NCBI GenBank assembly: GCA_023409435.1
Contig: JAEYHP010000156.1
Location: 2,959 to 66,958 of the forward strand
DNA: 64,000 nt
Origin: Bacillota bacterium
GTDB lineage: Bacteria > Bacillota > Clostridia > Christensenellales > CAG-138
Direction of reading: 5' to 3'
Under the pieces are notes generated by a model. It did not search any database. It had not been told where the DNA came from and worked only from the letters and a program-made list of their open reading frames with translations. Shown here in pieces: positions 36,791 to 46,313 of this stretch; position 1 is the first letter of the stretch; each line of letters opens with the position of its first letter. Position numbers and translations under genes: made by a program.

Positions 36791-36804
36791 TGTTTCATGA
36801 AACA
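36791..36804. promoter_or_regulatory. Perfect 14-bp palindrome TGTTTCATGAAACA (proximal operator candidate)
   Basis: It is an exact copy of the 36658-36671 palindrome. It lies between the -10 box and the RBS of the kinase gene. Confidence 0.5.
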
Positions 36805-36815
36805 AGAGGTGGCAC

Positions 36816-37721
36816 ATGGCTGCTAAAATCGGTGCGATTAACCTGATCACACTCGATCTCATCTACGCGAATCTTTCCCGAATTCCCGGTATGGGAGAAG
36901 AAGTTTCCACCGACAGCCTGACCGTTTCCCTGGGAGGCGGCCCGGTTGCGGCACTGGTCACGGCCCGGCGCCTTGGTGCTTCCGTCTGCCTCGCGACATG
37001 CCTGGGCGAAGACCATATGAGCGATATCGCCCGCGGCTTTCTGGAGGAAGAGGGGCTGGATTACCGAAGTTTTTATCCCAGCGATTTTACGGCGTCCCCT
37101 GTCAATATAACAAGCGTCATGACCTTTCGAAATCTGGACCGCGCCTTCGTATCCTATTTCCCCAAAACCGATTTTTATCGTGTCAGCACAGATTCCATGT
37201 ACTCGTACCTGAAAAACTGCGTCTTTTGCATCGCTTCCGATCCAAACCCGGAATTGTTTCAAAAGCTGCGGCAGAACGGGTGCAAAACGATTTATGATGT
37301 GGGCTGGCACGACAATCTCAATATAGAGGACCTGCGGGACGTGCTTAAGTTGGTTTATCTTTTTGCACCCAACGATAAGGAAGCTATGAAATTGACAGGC
37401 GCTCCCACTCCCCAGGCGGCCCTGCTTCGGTTAGCGGATTATGTGGAACAGCCCATCGTCAAGATGGGGAAAGAGGGAGCATTGTTGCTGCATCAGGGCC
37501 AGATCGTGCACGCGCCCCCCACAGCCTTTTTGTCGGTGGATTCCACCGGCGCGGGGGATGCTTTCTTAGGCGGAGTCACTTACGGCCTGCTTCAGGGATG
37601 GGATATTCTTCGTTGTGTGGAACTGGGCAACTATGCCGGCGGCAAGGCAACCACCGCTATCGGCTGCCTTACGGCAAAATGCAGCATGAAAGAGTTTGAA
37701 AGAATGGGAAGATTGCAATGA
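36816..37721 (+). CDS. PfkB-family carbohydrate kinase
   Basis: 301-aa ORF with the C-terminal motif DSTGAGDAFLGGVTYGL. An AGAGGTGG RBS lies upstream. Confidence 0.85.
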   Translation: MAAKIGAINLITLDLIYANLSRIPGMGEEVSTDSLTVSLGGGPVAALVTARRLGASVCLATCLGEDHMSDIARGFLEEEGLDYRSFYPSDFTASPVNITSVMTFRNLDRAFVSYFPKTDFYRVSTDSMYSYLKNCVFCIASDPNPELFQKLRQNGCKTIYDVGWHDNLNIEDLRDVLKLVYLFAPNDKEAMKLTGAPTPQAALLRLADYVEQPIVKMGKEGALLLHQGQIVHAPPTAFLSVDSTGAGDAFLGGVTYGLLQGWDILRCVELGNYAGGKATTAIGCLTAKCSMKEFERMGRLQ

Positions 37722-38722
37722 ATATTAGGGAAATTTCAAAAATCTGCGGCGTTTCTCCCGCAACGGTATCCAGAGTAATCAACGGCGGCGCCCCGGTAAA
37801 CGCTGCCACGCGGAAAAAAATTGAGGATGCCATTCTGCAGCACGGCTATAAGCCGAGCCCCACGCACCTCAAAGGCAAGACGCGCAGCGGAACGGTTGGG
37901 GTTCTGCTTCCGTCGCTGAACCATGTATTTTTTCAAAGGGTACTGGATGTGATTGACGTCTTCCTGATGCAGCAGGGAAAGTACATGGTCGTGTTTCCCG
38001 AACGCATTCCCAACGCCCTGCAACGGATACAGGCCATGCCTCTTGACGGGATTATACTGCTTTGCGAGGAAACGGACAGTGAAACCGTCAGGCAATTGCA
38101 TCGGATGGGGCTCGCCACCGTAATGTGCGGCGCACTTTCCCTGAGCAAGTCCTGTCCGGCCGTTCATGTGGACGATTTGGCCGCCGCCTATGACGGGGTG
38201 AATTATCTGCTGGGATTGGGACACCGAAAGATAGGCATCATTTCCGATTCCCCCCGGTCCATCAGCTCAGGCTTCCAGCGAATCGCGGGTTGCCGCAAGG
38301 CGATGGAAGACTATGGGCTTCCTTTCCGGGACGAATGTGTGTTTTCGCAGGGAAGCGACTATAAATGCGGTTATGACGGCGCCAAAAAGCTGATGGCGCG
38401 CAACCCGGATATTACGGCCATTTTTACGCACAGCGACGCATCGGCGGTGGGCGCCATGTCGGCCCTGATAGATTTGGGGTTGAAAATTCCGCAGGATGTT
38501 TCGCTGCTGGGGTTTGACGATACCGGCCTGGGCGAACAAATTCGCCCGCGTCTGACCTGCGTACACCAGCCAATCGAGGATATCGTCTCAAAAACCCTGG
38601 AGCTGCTGTTCGAAAGTATGGAACATCCCGATATGCAAAGCCCGCCTTCCATTACCCTCCCCCACAGCATAACGGCGCGGGAAAGCTGCTGGGCAATCGA
38701 CTCGCTCAAATCTCCGGTTTAG
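37718..38722 (+). CDS. LacI/GalR-family transcriptional regulator
   Basis: 334-aa ORF starting MNIREISKICGVSPATVSRVING. It forms an ATGA overlap with the kinase stop. Confidence 0.92.
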   Translation: MNIREISKICGVSPATVSRVINGGAPVNAATRKKIEDAILQHGYKPSPTHLKGKTRSGTVGVLLPSLNHVFFQRVLDVIDVFLMQQGKYMVVFPERIPNALQRIQAMPLDGIILLCEETDSETVRQLHRMGLATVMCGALSLSKSCPAVHVDDLAAAYDGVNYLLGLGHRKIGIISDSPRSISSGFQRIAGCRKAMEDYGLPFRDECVFSQGSDYKCGYDGAKKLMARNPDITAIFTHSDASAVGAMSALIDLGLKIPQDVSLLGFDDTGLGEQIRPRLTCVHQPIEDIVSKTLELLFESMEHPDMQSPPSITLPHSITARESCWAIDSLKSPV

Positions 38723-38733
38723 GGGGAGAAACC

Positions 38734-40098
38734 ATGAAAAAGCTGACCATCATCGGCGGAGGCAGCGTACGTGCGCCCTTCTTTGCACATAGTCTCGCAA
38801 AGCGCGCGTCGGAACTCAACATCTCTACTTTATGCCTGTACGACAACGATCCCGAAAAACTGCGTATCATCGGAACGCTGGCCAAACACGTAACCAATCA
38901 GGTGAATCCCGCCTTACAGGTTCTGCTTGAAACAGACGCAACAAATGCGATTACGGGCACGGATTACTTCGTTACCACCATACGGGTTGGCGGAGACCAT
39001 TCCCGGGTACTTGACGAGCAGATCGCGGTGAAGAACGACGTGCTCGGCCAGGAAACCACCGGGGCGGGAGGTTTCTTTATGGCCGCCCGCAGCATACCGG
39101 CGCTGGAGGGTTACTGCAAACAAATCAAAGCCCTGGCTCCTCAGGCGTGGATTTTTAACTTTACCAACCCATCGGGTTTGGTGACCCAAGCTCTGCGTTC
39201 GCTCGGATATGACAGAGTGATCGGCATCTGTGACACACCCAGTTCCACCAAACTGCGCATCGCACAGGCAATGGGCTATGACAACGACGCATTTTCCATG
39301 GAATTTTTCGGCCTGAACCATCTTTCCTGGGCGCGCCGGGCCGTCTATCAGGGCGAAGAGGTAATGGAGCGCATTCTCTCCAATCCGGCTATTACCCAAA
39401 AGGTAGGAGAACTGGCGATGTTCGACCCGGAATTGATTCGGCTGATCAGGCATATCCCCAACGAGTATCTTTATTATTTCTATTACCGTGATAAGGCTTT
39501 GAACAACATCAGAAAAGCAGGCACAACCCGTGGGCTTACCATAGAGGAAAACAATAAAAAAATGATGGCTGAGCTCCGGCATATGGATCTCGATGGGAAT
39601 GCGGCCGAAGCCTTGCAGGTTTATCTTTCCCACATGTATGCCCGCGAGTCCTCCTACATGCAGATTGAAACCACCAAGCAGGTCATGCATGTGCCCGACA
39701 AACTGGTTATGCCGGAGGGACAGGGTTATGCAGGCATCGCAATGGATTTTGCCGCCGCAGTGGAAAGCGGCGTAAGCCGCCAGGTTGTGCTCTCGGTGCC
39801 CAATAACGGCAGCATTCGTGGCCTTGCCGACGATGATGTGGTTGAAATCACCTGCAATGTGGATAAAAGCGGACCTGTTCCGGTCAAAATCGGCTCGGTC
39901 GGCAGTGAGCTTTTCTCCATTATATGGGCGGTAAAGGCATATGAGAGACTTTCTGTGGAAGCTATTCTGAGCGGCTCAAGACGCTTGGCGGTACAGGCCC
40001 TGATGGCGCATCCTCTGATTGGATCCTATAATGTCGCAGAAAACCTTGTAGCGGATTTTATGCAGCTGCAAAGCAAGTATGTAAGATGTTGGGAATAA
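38734..40098 (+). CDS. Glycoside hydrolase family 4 (NAD+/Mn2+-dependent; 6-phospho-glycosidase or glycosidase)
   Basis: 454-aa ORF with MKKLTIIGGGSVRAPFF (NAD site), GICDTPS (Cys-x-x-Pro metal site) and GLNHLSW. The size is typical of GH4. Confidence 0.85.
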   Translation: MKKLTIIGGGSVRAPFFAHSLAKRASELNISTLCLYDNDPEKLRIIGTLAKHVTNQVNPALQVLLETDATNAITGTDYFVTTIRVGGDHSRVLDEQIAVKNDVLGQETTGAGGFFMAARSIPALEGYCKQIKALAPQAWIFNFTNPSGLVTQALRSLGYDRVIGICDTPSSTKLRIAQAMGYDNDAFSMEFFGLNHLSWARRAVYQGEEVMERILSNPAITQKVGELAMFDPELIRLIRHIPNEYLYYFYYRDKALNNIRKAGTTRGLTIEENNKKMMAELRHMDLDGNAAEALQVYLSHMYARESSYMQIETTKQVMHVPDKLVMPEGQGYAGIAMDFAAAVESGVSRQVVLSVPNNGSIRGLADDDVVEITCNVDKSGPVPVKIGSVGSELFSIIWAVKAYERLSVEAILSGSRRLAVQALMAHPLIGSYNVAENLVADFMQLQSKYVRCWE

Positions 40099-40124
40099 CT
40101 GCAACATGATAAGGAGGTATTTTC

Positions 40125-41204
40125 ATGAAAAAAGCCCTAAGCGCGCTACTTGCTCTCGTCTTACTGCTTTCCCTTTCCGCCTGCGCAGGCAGTCAGACCG
40201 GTGATTTGACCCCAGCCAGCCAGCCGGGGGACGCTGCCTCCGCTCCGACGCCTGCCGAGCAGCCCCCCGCCCCCGCCGCTGCGCCCGAGGCGGCACAAGC
40301 CAGCGGCAATCTGGTCATCTATACCGGCTGCGGCCCGGAAATAACAGACCCCATACTTGCGCTTTTTAATAAGCAGTATCCCGACATTAAGGTAGAGATC
40401 GTCAAAGCCGGTTCCGGCGAACTGATGGCTAGAATCAAGGCCGAGGCTGAAAACCCCGGAGGCGACGTTCTGATCGGCGGCGAGCCGTACCTGTATGAAT
40501 CCAACGCGGATGTATTTGAACCATACGTCTCCCCCACCGATAAGGATATGATTCTTTCCCACCCCGAAGGGCTCTGGCATCCCTGGAGCATCATGCTCAC
40601 CCCCATTGCCGTCAACAAGGATCGTCTGCCCAACGAAGCCGACTGGCCTAAGAAACTCAGCGAGCTTTCCGATCCCAAGTTCGCGGCGGATCGCATCGCT
40701 TTTTGTGACCCCAGCAAGAGCGGCACCGGCGCCACCATTACAAACAATATCGCTTCTCTGTACGATTGGGATTTTATCACCGCCATGCTGGACAACTGTG
40801 AAGTGCTCGCAGGGTCCGATCCCATGTTTGACGCCGTAAAGGACGGCACATACCCCATTGGCTTTGTAAACGAGGATTTAGGCCGTAAGTGGCTGGAAGT
40901 CGGGCTGCCCATTGAGCTCATATATCCGGAGGACGGCGTGGTCAACACCGTGGACTGCCTCTCCATCATCAAGGGCGCAAAGAATATGGACAACGCCAAA
41001 CTGTTTATCGACTTCTTCGGATCCCCCGAAAACCATGCCGTGCTGGTCGATCCCATTCTGCGCCGCTCCACACGCACCGATGCGCCCCTGGCAGCGGGCC
41101 TCACCCCGACCACCGAGTTTAAACTGATCAGCGCGGAGCGCATCTCCCGGGATGAAATTACTGAAAAATACAACAGCGCCTATGAAAAATCCCGCACGAA
41201 CTGA
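40125..41204 (+). CDS. ABC substrate-binding lipoprotein, FbpA/AfuA/PotD-like (ferric-type fold)
   Basis: 359-aa ORF with the lipobox LLLSLSAC and a Pro/Ala-rich tether. The core (LVIYTG...VKAGSGEL...GDVLIGG) is typical of this family. Confidence 0.8.
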   Translation: MKKALSALLALVLLLSLSACAGSQTGDLTPASQPGDAASAPTPAEQPPAPAAAPEAAQASGNLVIYTGCGPEITDPILALFNKQYPDIKVEIVKAGSGELMARIKAEAENPGGDVLIGGEPYLYESNADVFEPYVSPTDKDMILSHPEGLWHPWSIMLTPIAVNKDRLPNEADWPKKLSELSDPKFAADRIAFCDPSKSGTGATITNNIASLYDWDFITAMLDNCEVLAGSDPMFDAVKDGTYPIGFVNEDLGRKWLEVGLPIELIYPEDGVVNTVDCLSIIKGAKNMDNAKLFIDFFGSPENHAVLVDPILRRSTRTDAPLAAGLTPTTEFKLISAERISRDEITEKYNSAYEKSRTN

Positions 41205-41215
41205 GCGTAAAGCCG

Positions 41216-41249
41216 GAGGGCGGCCGGTGTAAGGCCGCCCTCAATTTTT
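41216..41249 (+). terminator. Strong hairpin with a T-tract between the substrate-binding-protein and permease genes (attenuator or partial terminator)
   Basis: The hairpin is GAGGGCGGCC-ggtgtaa-GGCCGCCCTC followed by aaTTTTT. Confidence 0.65.
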
Positions 41250-41274
41250 GAAAGAATGCGAGGATGGCAACCCA

Positions 41275-42957
41275 ATGAAGGAAAGGGCGTTTGCGCAACT
41301 GCGAAGAAGGCTGCGCGATCCCTGGATATTGTTTGCGCTTATTTGCCTGCTCATATCGTTAGGGCTCATCATTATCCCTCAATTATCGATTTTCCTGTCG
41401 TCGGCAAAAGACGCACAGGGGGATGTATCCGCCGCCAATTATGGCACCTTTTTCACGAGTTACCGTTACCAGATCGCTTTTTTGAACAGCCTTAAGGTAA
41501 CGGCGCTCACCACCCTCTTCGCTACCGTAATCGCAGTGCCCCTGGCCTGGCTTTTGGCGAGATACCAGTTTAAAGGGCGTAACGCCGTGGTTACCCTCAT
41601 CACAATGGCAACCGCATCGCCTCCCTTCTTGGGCGCCTATGCGTGGATCATTCTTTTAGGAAGGTACGGCGCTTTCAACAAACTGGTAAAGGCGCTCACC
41701 GGCATAGAACTTACCTGGGCATTCCACGGGGGCGACGCCGTAATCTGGGTCATTGCGTGGATGGTATTTCCCCTGATTTTTCTGATGGCGTTCGATTCAT
41801 TCAGCGAAGAAGACGTGTTCCATAAAGAAGCCGCCATGAGCCTGGGGGCCAACCCCCTGAAAAGCTTTTTTCACGTGGAACTGCCCCTTGCCATGCCGGG
41901 GATCCTGACCGGCATGCTGATGGCCGCCCTGGCCGCCTTTGCCGACTTTGGCACCCCCGCGGTGATCGGCGGGGAATTTCCCCTGCTGCCCACCGCCGTT
42001 TACAACGAGTTTGTCAGCGAAGTGGGCGGGAACATGGGGATGGCCTCTACAGTGGGCGTCGTTATGATCGTCATGTCTACCGTGATGCTGTATGCGCAGA
42101 GGGTCATTCTGGCCAGGAAGACTTACGCGGCTGTCTCCGTCAAACGGTATCAGTTGGAAAAGCCAAGGAAAGGCACCCGGGTTGCAATCGGGGCATGCGT
42201 CACAGTGGCTCTCACGATGTCCTTCCTGCCCCATATCACGCTATGCGTGGTATCCTTTATGGAATGGAAATATGGAGTGCTCCTGGGCAACTTTACGACG
42301 GCCCATTATCAAAAGCTCTTTACCCAGCAGCTTACCCCCGTCTGGATGACGTTTGCCCTGGGCATTGCGGCCACGCTGCTTACATTCCTGTTTGGTATCG
42401 GCATCGCCTATTTGATCGTGCGCAAACGGTACAAGTTCATCTCCGGCTTCATCAACTCCATTATCATGATCCCCTATGTAATTCCCGGCACGGTGCTGGC
42501 GGTGGGCTTCATCATGATCTTTAACAAAGGGCCTTTCCTGCTGACCGGAACCTGGATGATTCTGGTCCTCAGCTACTTTATACGCAAGCTGCCCTATTCG
42601 GTGAAAAGCGCCGAAGCTTCCCTTTATTCGGTACACCGGGCGCTGGAGGAGGCGGCCATGGCATCGGGCGCGCGGCCCTTCAAATCCTTCAAGGATATCA
42701 CATTCCCGCTGATGATCGGCGGCGTGATATCCGGGGCCACGCTGTCGTTTCTTCAGATCATGACGGAGCTGTCCTCCACAATCATCTTATACCGGCCGCC
42801 CTATGTTACCATGCCTATCGTAATCTTTGAAAATACAATGTCTTCCGGGGCGGATTTTGGTATCGCCGCTTCTATGGGGGTGCTTCTCATGGTATTTGTT
42901 TATGTGCCGCTGTTGATCGTCAACAAACTGACCCGCGTACGGGCAAACGTGCTTTAA
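41275..42957 (+). CDS. Fused two-module ABC permease (FbpB/AfuB type)
   Basis: I trimmed the track ORF to the ATG at 41275 (MKERAFAQL...). The roughly 560-aa protein has two BPD_transp_1-like halves with about 12 TM helices. Confidence 0.85.
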   Translation: MKERAFAQLRRRLRDPWILFALICLLISLGLIIIPQLSIFLSSAKDAQGDVSAANYGTFFTSYRYQIAFLNSLKVTALTTLFATVIAVPLAWLLARYQFKGRNAVVTLITMATASPPFLGAYAWIILLGRYGAFNKLVKALTGIELTWAFHGGDAVIWVIAWMVFPLIFLMAFDSFSEEDVFHKEAAMSLGANPLKSFFHVELPLAMPGILTGMLMAALAAFADFGTPAVIGGEFPLLPTAVYNEFVSEVGGNMGMASTVGVVMIVMSTVMLYAQRVILARKTYAAVSVKRYQLEKPRKGTRVAIGACVTVALTMSFLPHITLCVVSFMEWKYGVLLGNFTTAHYQKLFTQQLTPVWMTFALGIAATLLTFLFGIGIAYLIVRKRYKFISGFINSIIMIPYVIPGTVLAVGFIMIFNKGPFLLTGTWMILVLSYFIRKLPYSVKSAEASLYSVHRALEEAAMASGARPFKSFKDITFPLMIGGVISGATLSFLQIMTELSSTIILYRPPYVTMPIVIFENTMSSGADFGIAASMGVLLMVFVYVPLLIVNKLTRVRANVL

Positions 42958-42970
42958 GGAGGAGAACGGA

Positions 42971-44029
42971 ATGATTAAGAACGCTATTGCTTCCGTTCCC
43001 GTGCATATCAGAGAGATCTGCAAATCCTTTGGGGAAAATCAGGTACTCCGGCATGTGAATATCAGCATCGAGCAGGGGGAATTTTTCACCCTGCTGGGCT
43101 CCTCCGGCTGCGGAAAGACAACCTTGCTCCGATGCATCGCAGGGTTTGAGAAACCCACATCGGGCCAGATTTTTTTCGGCAACAAGGATGTGGGGCTTCT
43201 CAACCCCTGGGAAAAGGATGTGGGTTTCGTTTTTCAAAACTACGCATTGTGGCCGCACAAGACCGTGTTTGAAAACATTGCCTATGGGCTCAAGCTGCGC
43301 AAGCTCAGCAAAAAGGAGATCGCCGAAACCGTGAAATGGGCCATGGAGCTCATCGATCTGCCGGATGTGGAAGGCCGATACCCCAACCAGCTTTCAGGCG
43401 GGCAGCAGCAGCGTATCGCCATAGCAAGGGCATTGGTCATCAAGCCGCAGGTGCTGCTGCTGGACGAACCCCTCTCCAACCTGGACGCCAAGCTGCGCAT
43501 CAAAATGCGCAAAGATATCAAGATGCTGCAAAACAAGCTGGGGATCACTACGGTTTATGTGACCCACGATCAGGAGGAAGCCCTGGAGATTTCCGACCAT
43601 ATTGCGGTGTTCAGTGAAGGAGTCGTACAGCAGGTGGGCTCCCCCGAGGAGATTTATGCGACCCCGCAAAACCGTTTTGTAGCCAACTTCGTGGGCAAAA
43701 GCAACTTCCTGGAGGGATCCGTCTCTGCCGACGGCTTTATCACGAAAGGCGGCACCAATATTCCATGTAAGCTGGATACGGGCGTAAAGGGAGACGCCAT
43801 TCTTGGGTTCCGCCCCGAATCGGTTATTTGGGGCGACGCGCCCTGCGCTCTGGAAGGGAAGGTCGTCACCAGCTTTTACCGGGGAGCGGGATATCAGTAT
43901 GTGGTTGCAATTGACGATCAAACGGAGATCACCATAGAGCACAAGCAGAAGCTGCATACCGGCGAACGGGTGCGTTTCGTATTGGGCGGGGCTGTGCTTT
44001 TCCACAGCCAGACGGGAGAACGGCTATGA
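42971..44029 (+). CDS. ABC ATPase (FbpC/PotA/MalK type with a C-terminal TOBE-like domain)
   Basis: 352-aa ORF with GSSGCGKTT, LSGGQQQRIAIARAL and LLLDEPLSNLD motifs. Confidence 0.9.
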   Translation: MIKNAIASVPVHIREICKSFGENQVLRHVNISIEQGEFFTLLGSSGCGKTTLLRCIAGFEKPTSGQIFFGNKDVGLLNPWEKDVGFVFQNYALWPHKTVFENIAYGLKLRKLSKKEIAETVKWAMELIDLPDVEGRYPNQLSGGQQQRIAIARALVIKPQVLLLDEPLSNLDAKLRIKMRKDIKMLQNKLGITTVYVTHDQEEALEISDHIAVFSEGVVQQVGSPEEIYATPQNRFVANFVGKSNFLEGSVSADGFITKGGTNIPCKLDTGVKGDAILGFRPESVIWGDAPCALEGKVVTSFYRGAGYQYVVAIDDQTEITIEHKQKLHTGERVRFVLGGAVLFHSQTGERL

Positions 44030-44925
44030 TACTGAAAAGCCCATATAAAAATGCCGGGGCGTGGTACCGCGGCAGCCTGCACATCCATTCCACCTTCAGC
44101 GCATGCGGCTGGCACAGCATAGAAGAGCTTGCCCTTGCCTATCGGGATTATGATTATATCGCGCTCACGGACCATGACCGGATCAGCACCGAAACGGAAC
44201 CTCTGAAAAACCACGTGATATTTCGCGGCGTTGAGGTGAGCGGCGACCACCATATGCTGCTGGTAGGCATCGCGCCTCCCGCAAAGGAACCCATCGAGAG
44301 CGCCTTTTCCACTGCTCACTATGGATTTTTAGCTAGCGAGGCCGTGAATGCAGGAGCCCTTGCCATAGCGGCGCATCCGATGCGCCAATTCGGGCAGCAT
44401 TGGAACGAAGATGAATTGGTGGCTACCCCCGGCCTTATCGGGATGGAAGTGTTCAGCGGCGACGGCATTCACGTGGACCAGGATATAGGGTTTGAGATGT
44501 GGGACCGGGTGCTTTCACGCGGCAAAGCCCTGTGGGGTTTTGGAAACGACGATTTCCACCACTGGGGGCAGGAGCGCCGAGCGTGGAATATGGTCAATGC
44601 CGCCGAAAAAACGCCCGCCGCCATTCTTGCGGCTATGCGGCAGGGTGATTTCTATATTTCCACAGGGTTTGGATTTGAACGGATTGATACGGAAGGCGAG
44701 ACAGTAGTCTTCCACCTGCGCAAGGATACGGCCCAGTACAGGGAGGCGTATAAGTACCTGACCCTGTATGGGAAAAACGGCAGAGTGCTGGCAGAACAAA
44801 CCGGGCGCTTTGACTGCTTTACATACAGGGCGAACGGAGATGAAGGCTACATCCGCGCGGAGGCCTATATGAGCGGCGGTTACGGAGCGTTTTCCCAGCC
44901 CATCTATGTTTTCGGGGATATGTGA
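44026..44925 (+). CDS. PHP-domain (CehA/McbA-like) metal-dependent phosphoesterase
   Basis: 299-aa ORF with GSLHIHSTFSACG...YDYIALTDHD...AAHP motifs. Its start overlaps the ATPase stop (TATGA). Confidence 0.7.
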   Translation: MILKSPYKNAGAWYRGSLHIHSTFSACGWHSIEELALAYRDYDYIALTDHDRISTETEPLKNHVIFRGVEVSGDHHMLLVGIAPPAKEPIESAFSTAHYGFLASEAVNAGALAIAAHPMRQFGQHWNEDELVATPGLIGMEVFSGDGIHVDQDIGFEMWDRVLSRGKALWGFGNDDFHHWGQERRAWNMVNAAEKTPAAILAAMRQGDFYISTGFGFERIDTEGETVVFHLRKDTAQYREAYKYLTLYGKNGRVLAEQTGRFDCFTYRANGDEGYIRAEAYMSGGYGAFSQPIYVFGDM

Positions 44926-44991
44926 TATGGTTCCATGCCGCTAACCCATCAGGGTATGCGCCACACCATTTTATCAGCACATGTGACGATA

Positions 44992-45033
44992 AGCCCAGCA
45001 ACGTGCCGGAGTACCCCGGCGCGTTGCTGGGCT
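44992..45033. other. Long GC-rich hairpin in a convergent intergenic region
   Basis: A 12-bp stem (AGCCCAGCAACG...CGTTGCTGGGCT) encloses a small inner hairpin (GCCGG..CCGGC). Confidence 0.5.
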
Positions 45034-45062
45034 TGTAGAGTATCCGGAGGCGCGTGCCGCCG

Positions 45063-45089
45063 ACCCGCCAACCCGGTTAGCGGGTTTTT
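45063..45089 (+). terminator. Intrinsic terminator after the PHP gene
   Basis: The stem is ACCCGC...GCGGGT followed by TTTT. Confidence 0.5.
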
Positions 45090-45173
45090 AAGTGCACTTT
45101 TATGGTTGGTAATCGTTTGCTTGCCTCAAGGGAGAGACGGTGTTAGGGCAACTTTTTATTATGGCTGGTTAAG

Positions 45174-46313
45174 TCATCCCTCCACGCCGATCCGGACGCT
45201 CACCCCATTGACTTCCACGTCCGCATCCGCGGGAATCAGGATGTATCTGCTCCCGTCGATCACCCGCGTTTCGATGAGATCGCTCCGCTCCGGATCGACC
45301 TTGATCACCACATCCGGCGTGCGGATCACAAACTGCTTTTTGTCGATGACGTTGGCGGGCGGAAGCTGCGCGTCCGCACCAAACTGCGCGTCAAAGGCAG
45401 CGGCAAAGGCCTGAACATGCGCTTCGGATACGCCGCACTCCTGCAGCACCGCGCCGATTTCCCTTTGCGAGAGCAACAGCTGCTCGGGCTCCTTGTTTTC
45501 CTTGTGTCGGTCTATCATTTCGCTAAAGTGTTCATGGACAGCCTGCACCACTGTGAGGCTGCAATCCTCCTTGAGCGTTTCCGTCAATATCGCTTGGAAT
45601 GTCTCCTTTTGTGCCGCGGCGGGCATGGGCGGCTCTACACGGAATACCGTATCGACAAATTCCTGATGGTTCTCCGCGGCGCTCTTCATATAGTACAACG
45701 CGCCGTAGATATTGGCTGCCCTGTCATCGAAGGCCGGAAACAGAAAGCCCAATTCCGGCGCGGATACGACATAACCCTGCGAGGTGGTATGGAAGCGGTT
45801 CTCTGCCAGTTGGTAACTTAGTTCCGCCGGGGTCAGTTTCACCGGGCATATGCTGCAAAGAATGTAGCTGAATTCCTCATCGGAAGCATCCTTCTGTACA
45901 TCGCCGTCCTTGGCCCTATATGGCACGGTATATACGTCATGGGTCAGCAGGATAAGATAGTTGCCCTCCATTTTCAGCGTTTCGATGACCCGCTGATAGA
46001 AGGTTTGCAGCATATCCGAATCCTTTAACCCCGTCTGACGGAGCATGGACAGAAGCTTGTGTTCGTCGCTGTCTATCACCTGTTTGGTGCTGAATTCTAT
46101 ATTGATCAGATTCTTTCCAAGGGAACCGGATAGAGACTTCTTCAAAAGGGAAAGAAAGCGTTCCGACCCCTCCTGCGGCATACCGGAAAGGAATTCTTCA
46201 AACGTAGCGACAACCTTTCTGTTCTCATTGACATAGCAGCCGTATACGCTGCCGATCATGCTTTTGTCCGGCCTGAAACGGCGCCGGATCTCCCGTACCT
46301 CTTTTTCGTTCAT
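45174..46313 (-). CDS. Conserved hypothetical protein, DUF4317-like
   Basis: 379-aa ORF. The N-terminus MNEKEVREIRRRFRPDKSMIGSVYGCYVNE...LSGSLGKNLINIEF matches my recollection of clostridial DUF4317 proteins. I see no catalytic motif. Confidence 0.55.
   Translation of the reverse strand: MNEKEVREIRRRFRPDKSMIGSVYGCYVNENRKVVATFEEFLSGMPQEGSERFLSLLKKSLSGSLGKNLINIEFSTKQVIDSDEHKLLSMLRQTGLKDSDMLQTFYQRVIETLKMEGNYLILLTHDVYTVPYRAKDGDVQKDASDEEFSYILCSICPVKLTPAELSYQLAENRFHTTSQGYVVSAPELGFLFPAFDDRAANIYGALYYMKSAAENHQEFVDTVFRVEPPMPAAAQKETFQAILTETLKEDCSLTVVQAVHEHFSEMIDRHKENKEPEQLLLSQREIGAVLQECGVSEAHVQAFAAAFDAQFGADAQLPPANVIDKKQFVIRTPDVVIKVDPERSDLIETRVIDGSRYILIPADADVEVNGVSVRIGVEG

Noticed and set aside
36664-36846. 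60-aa plus-strand ORF spanning the kinase promoter.
   Set aside because: Its ATG is the centre of the 14-bp palindrome. The ORF runs across the predicted -35 and -10 boxes into the kinase gene, and its composition is typical of AT-rich non-coding DNA.
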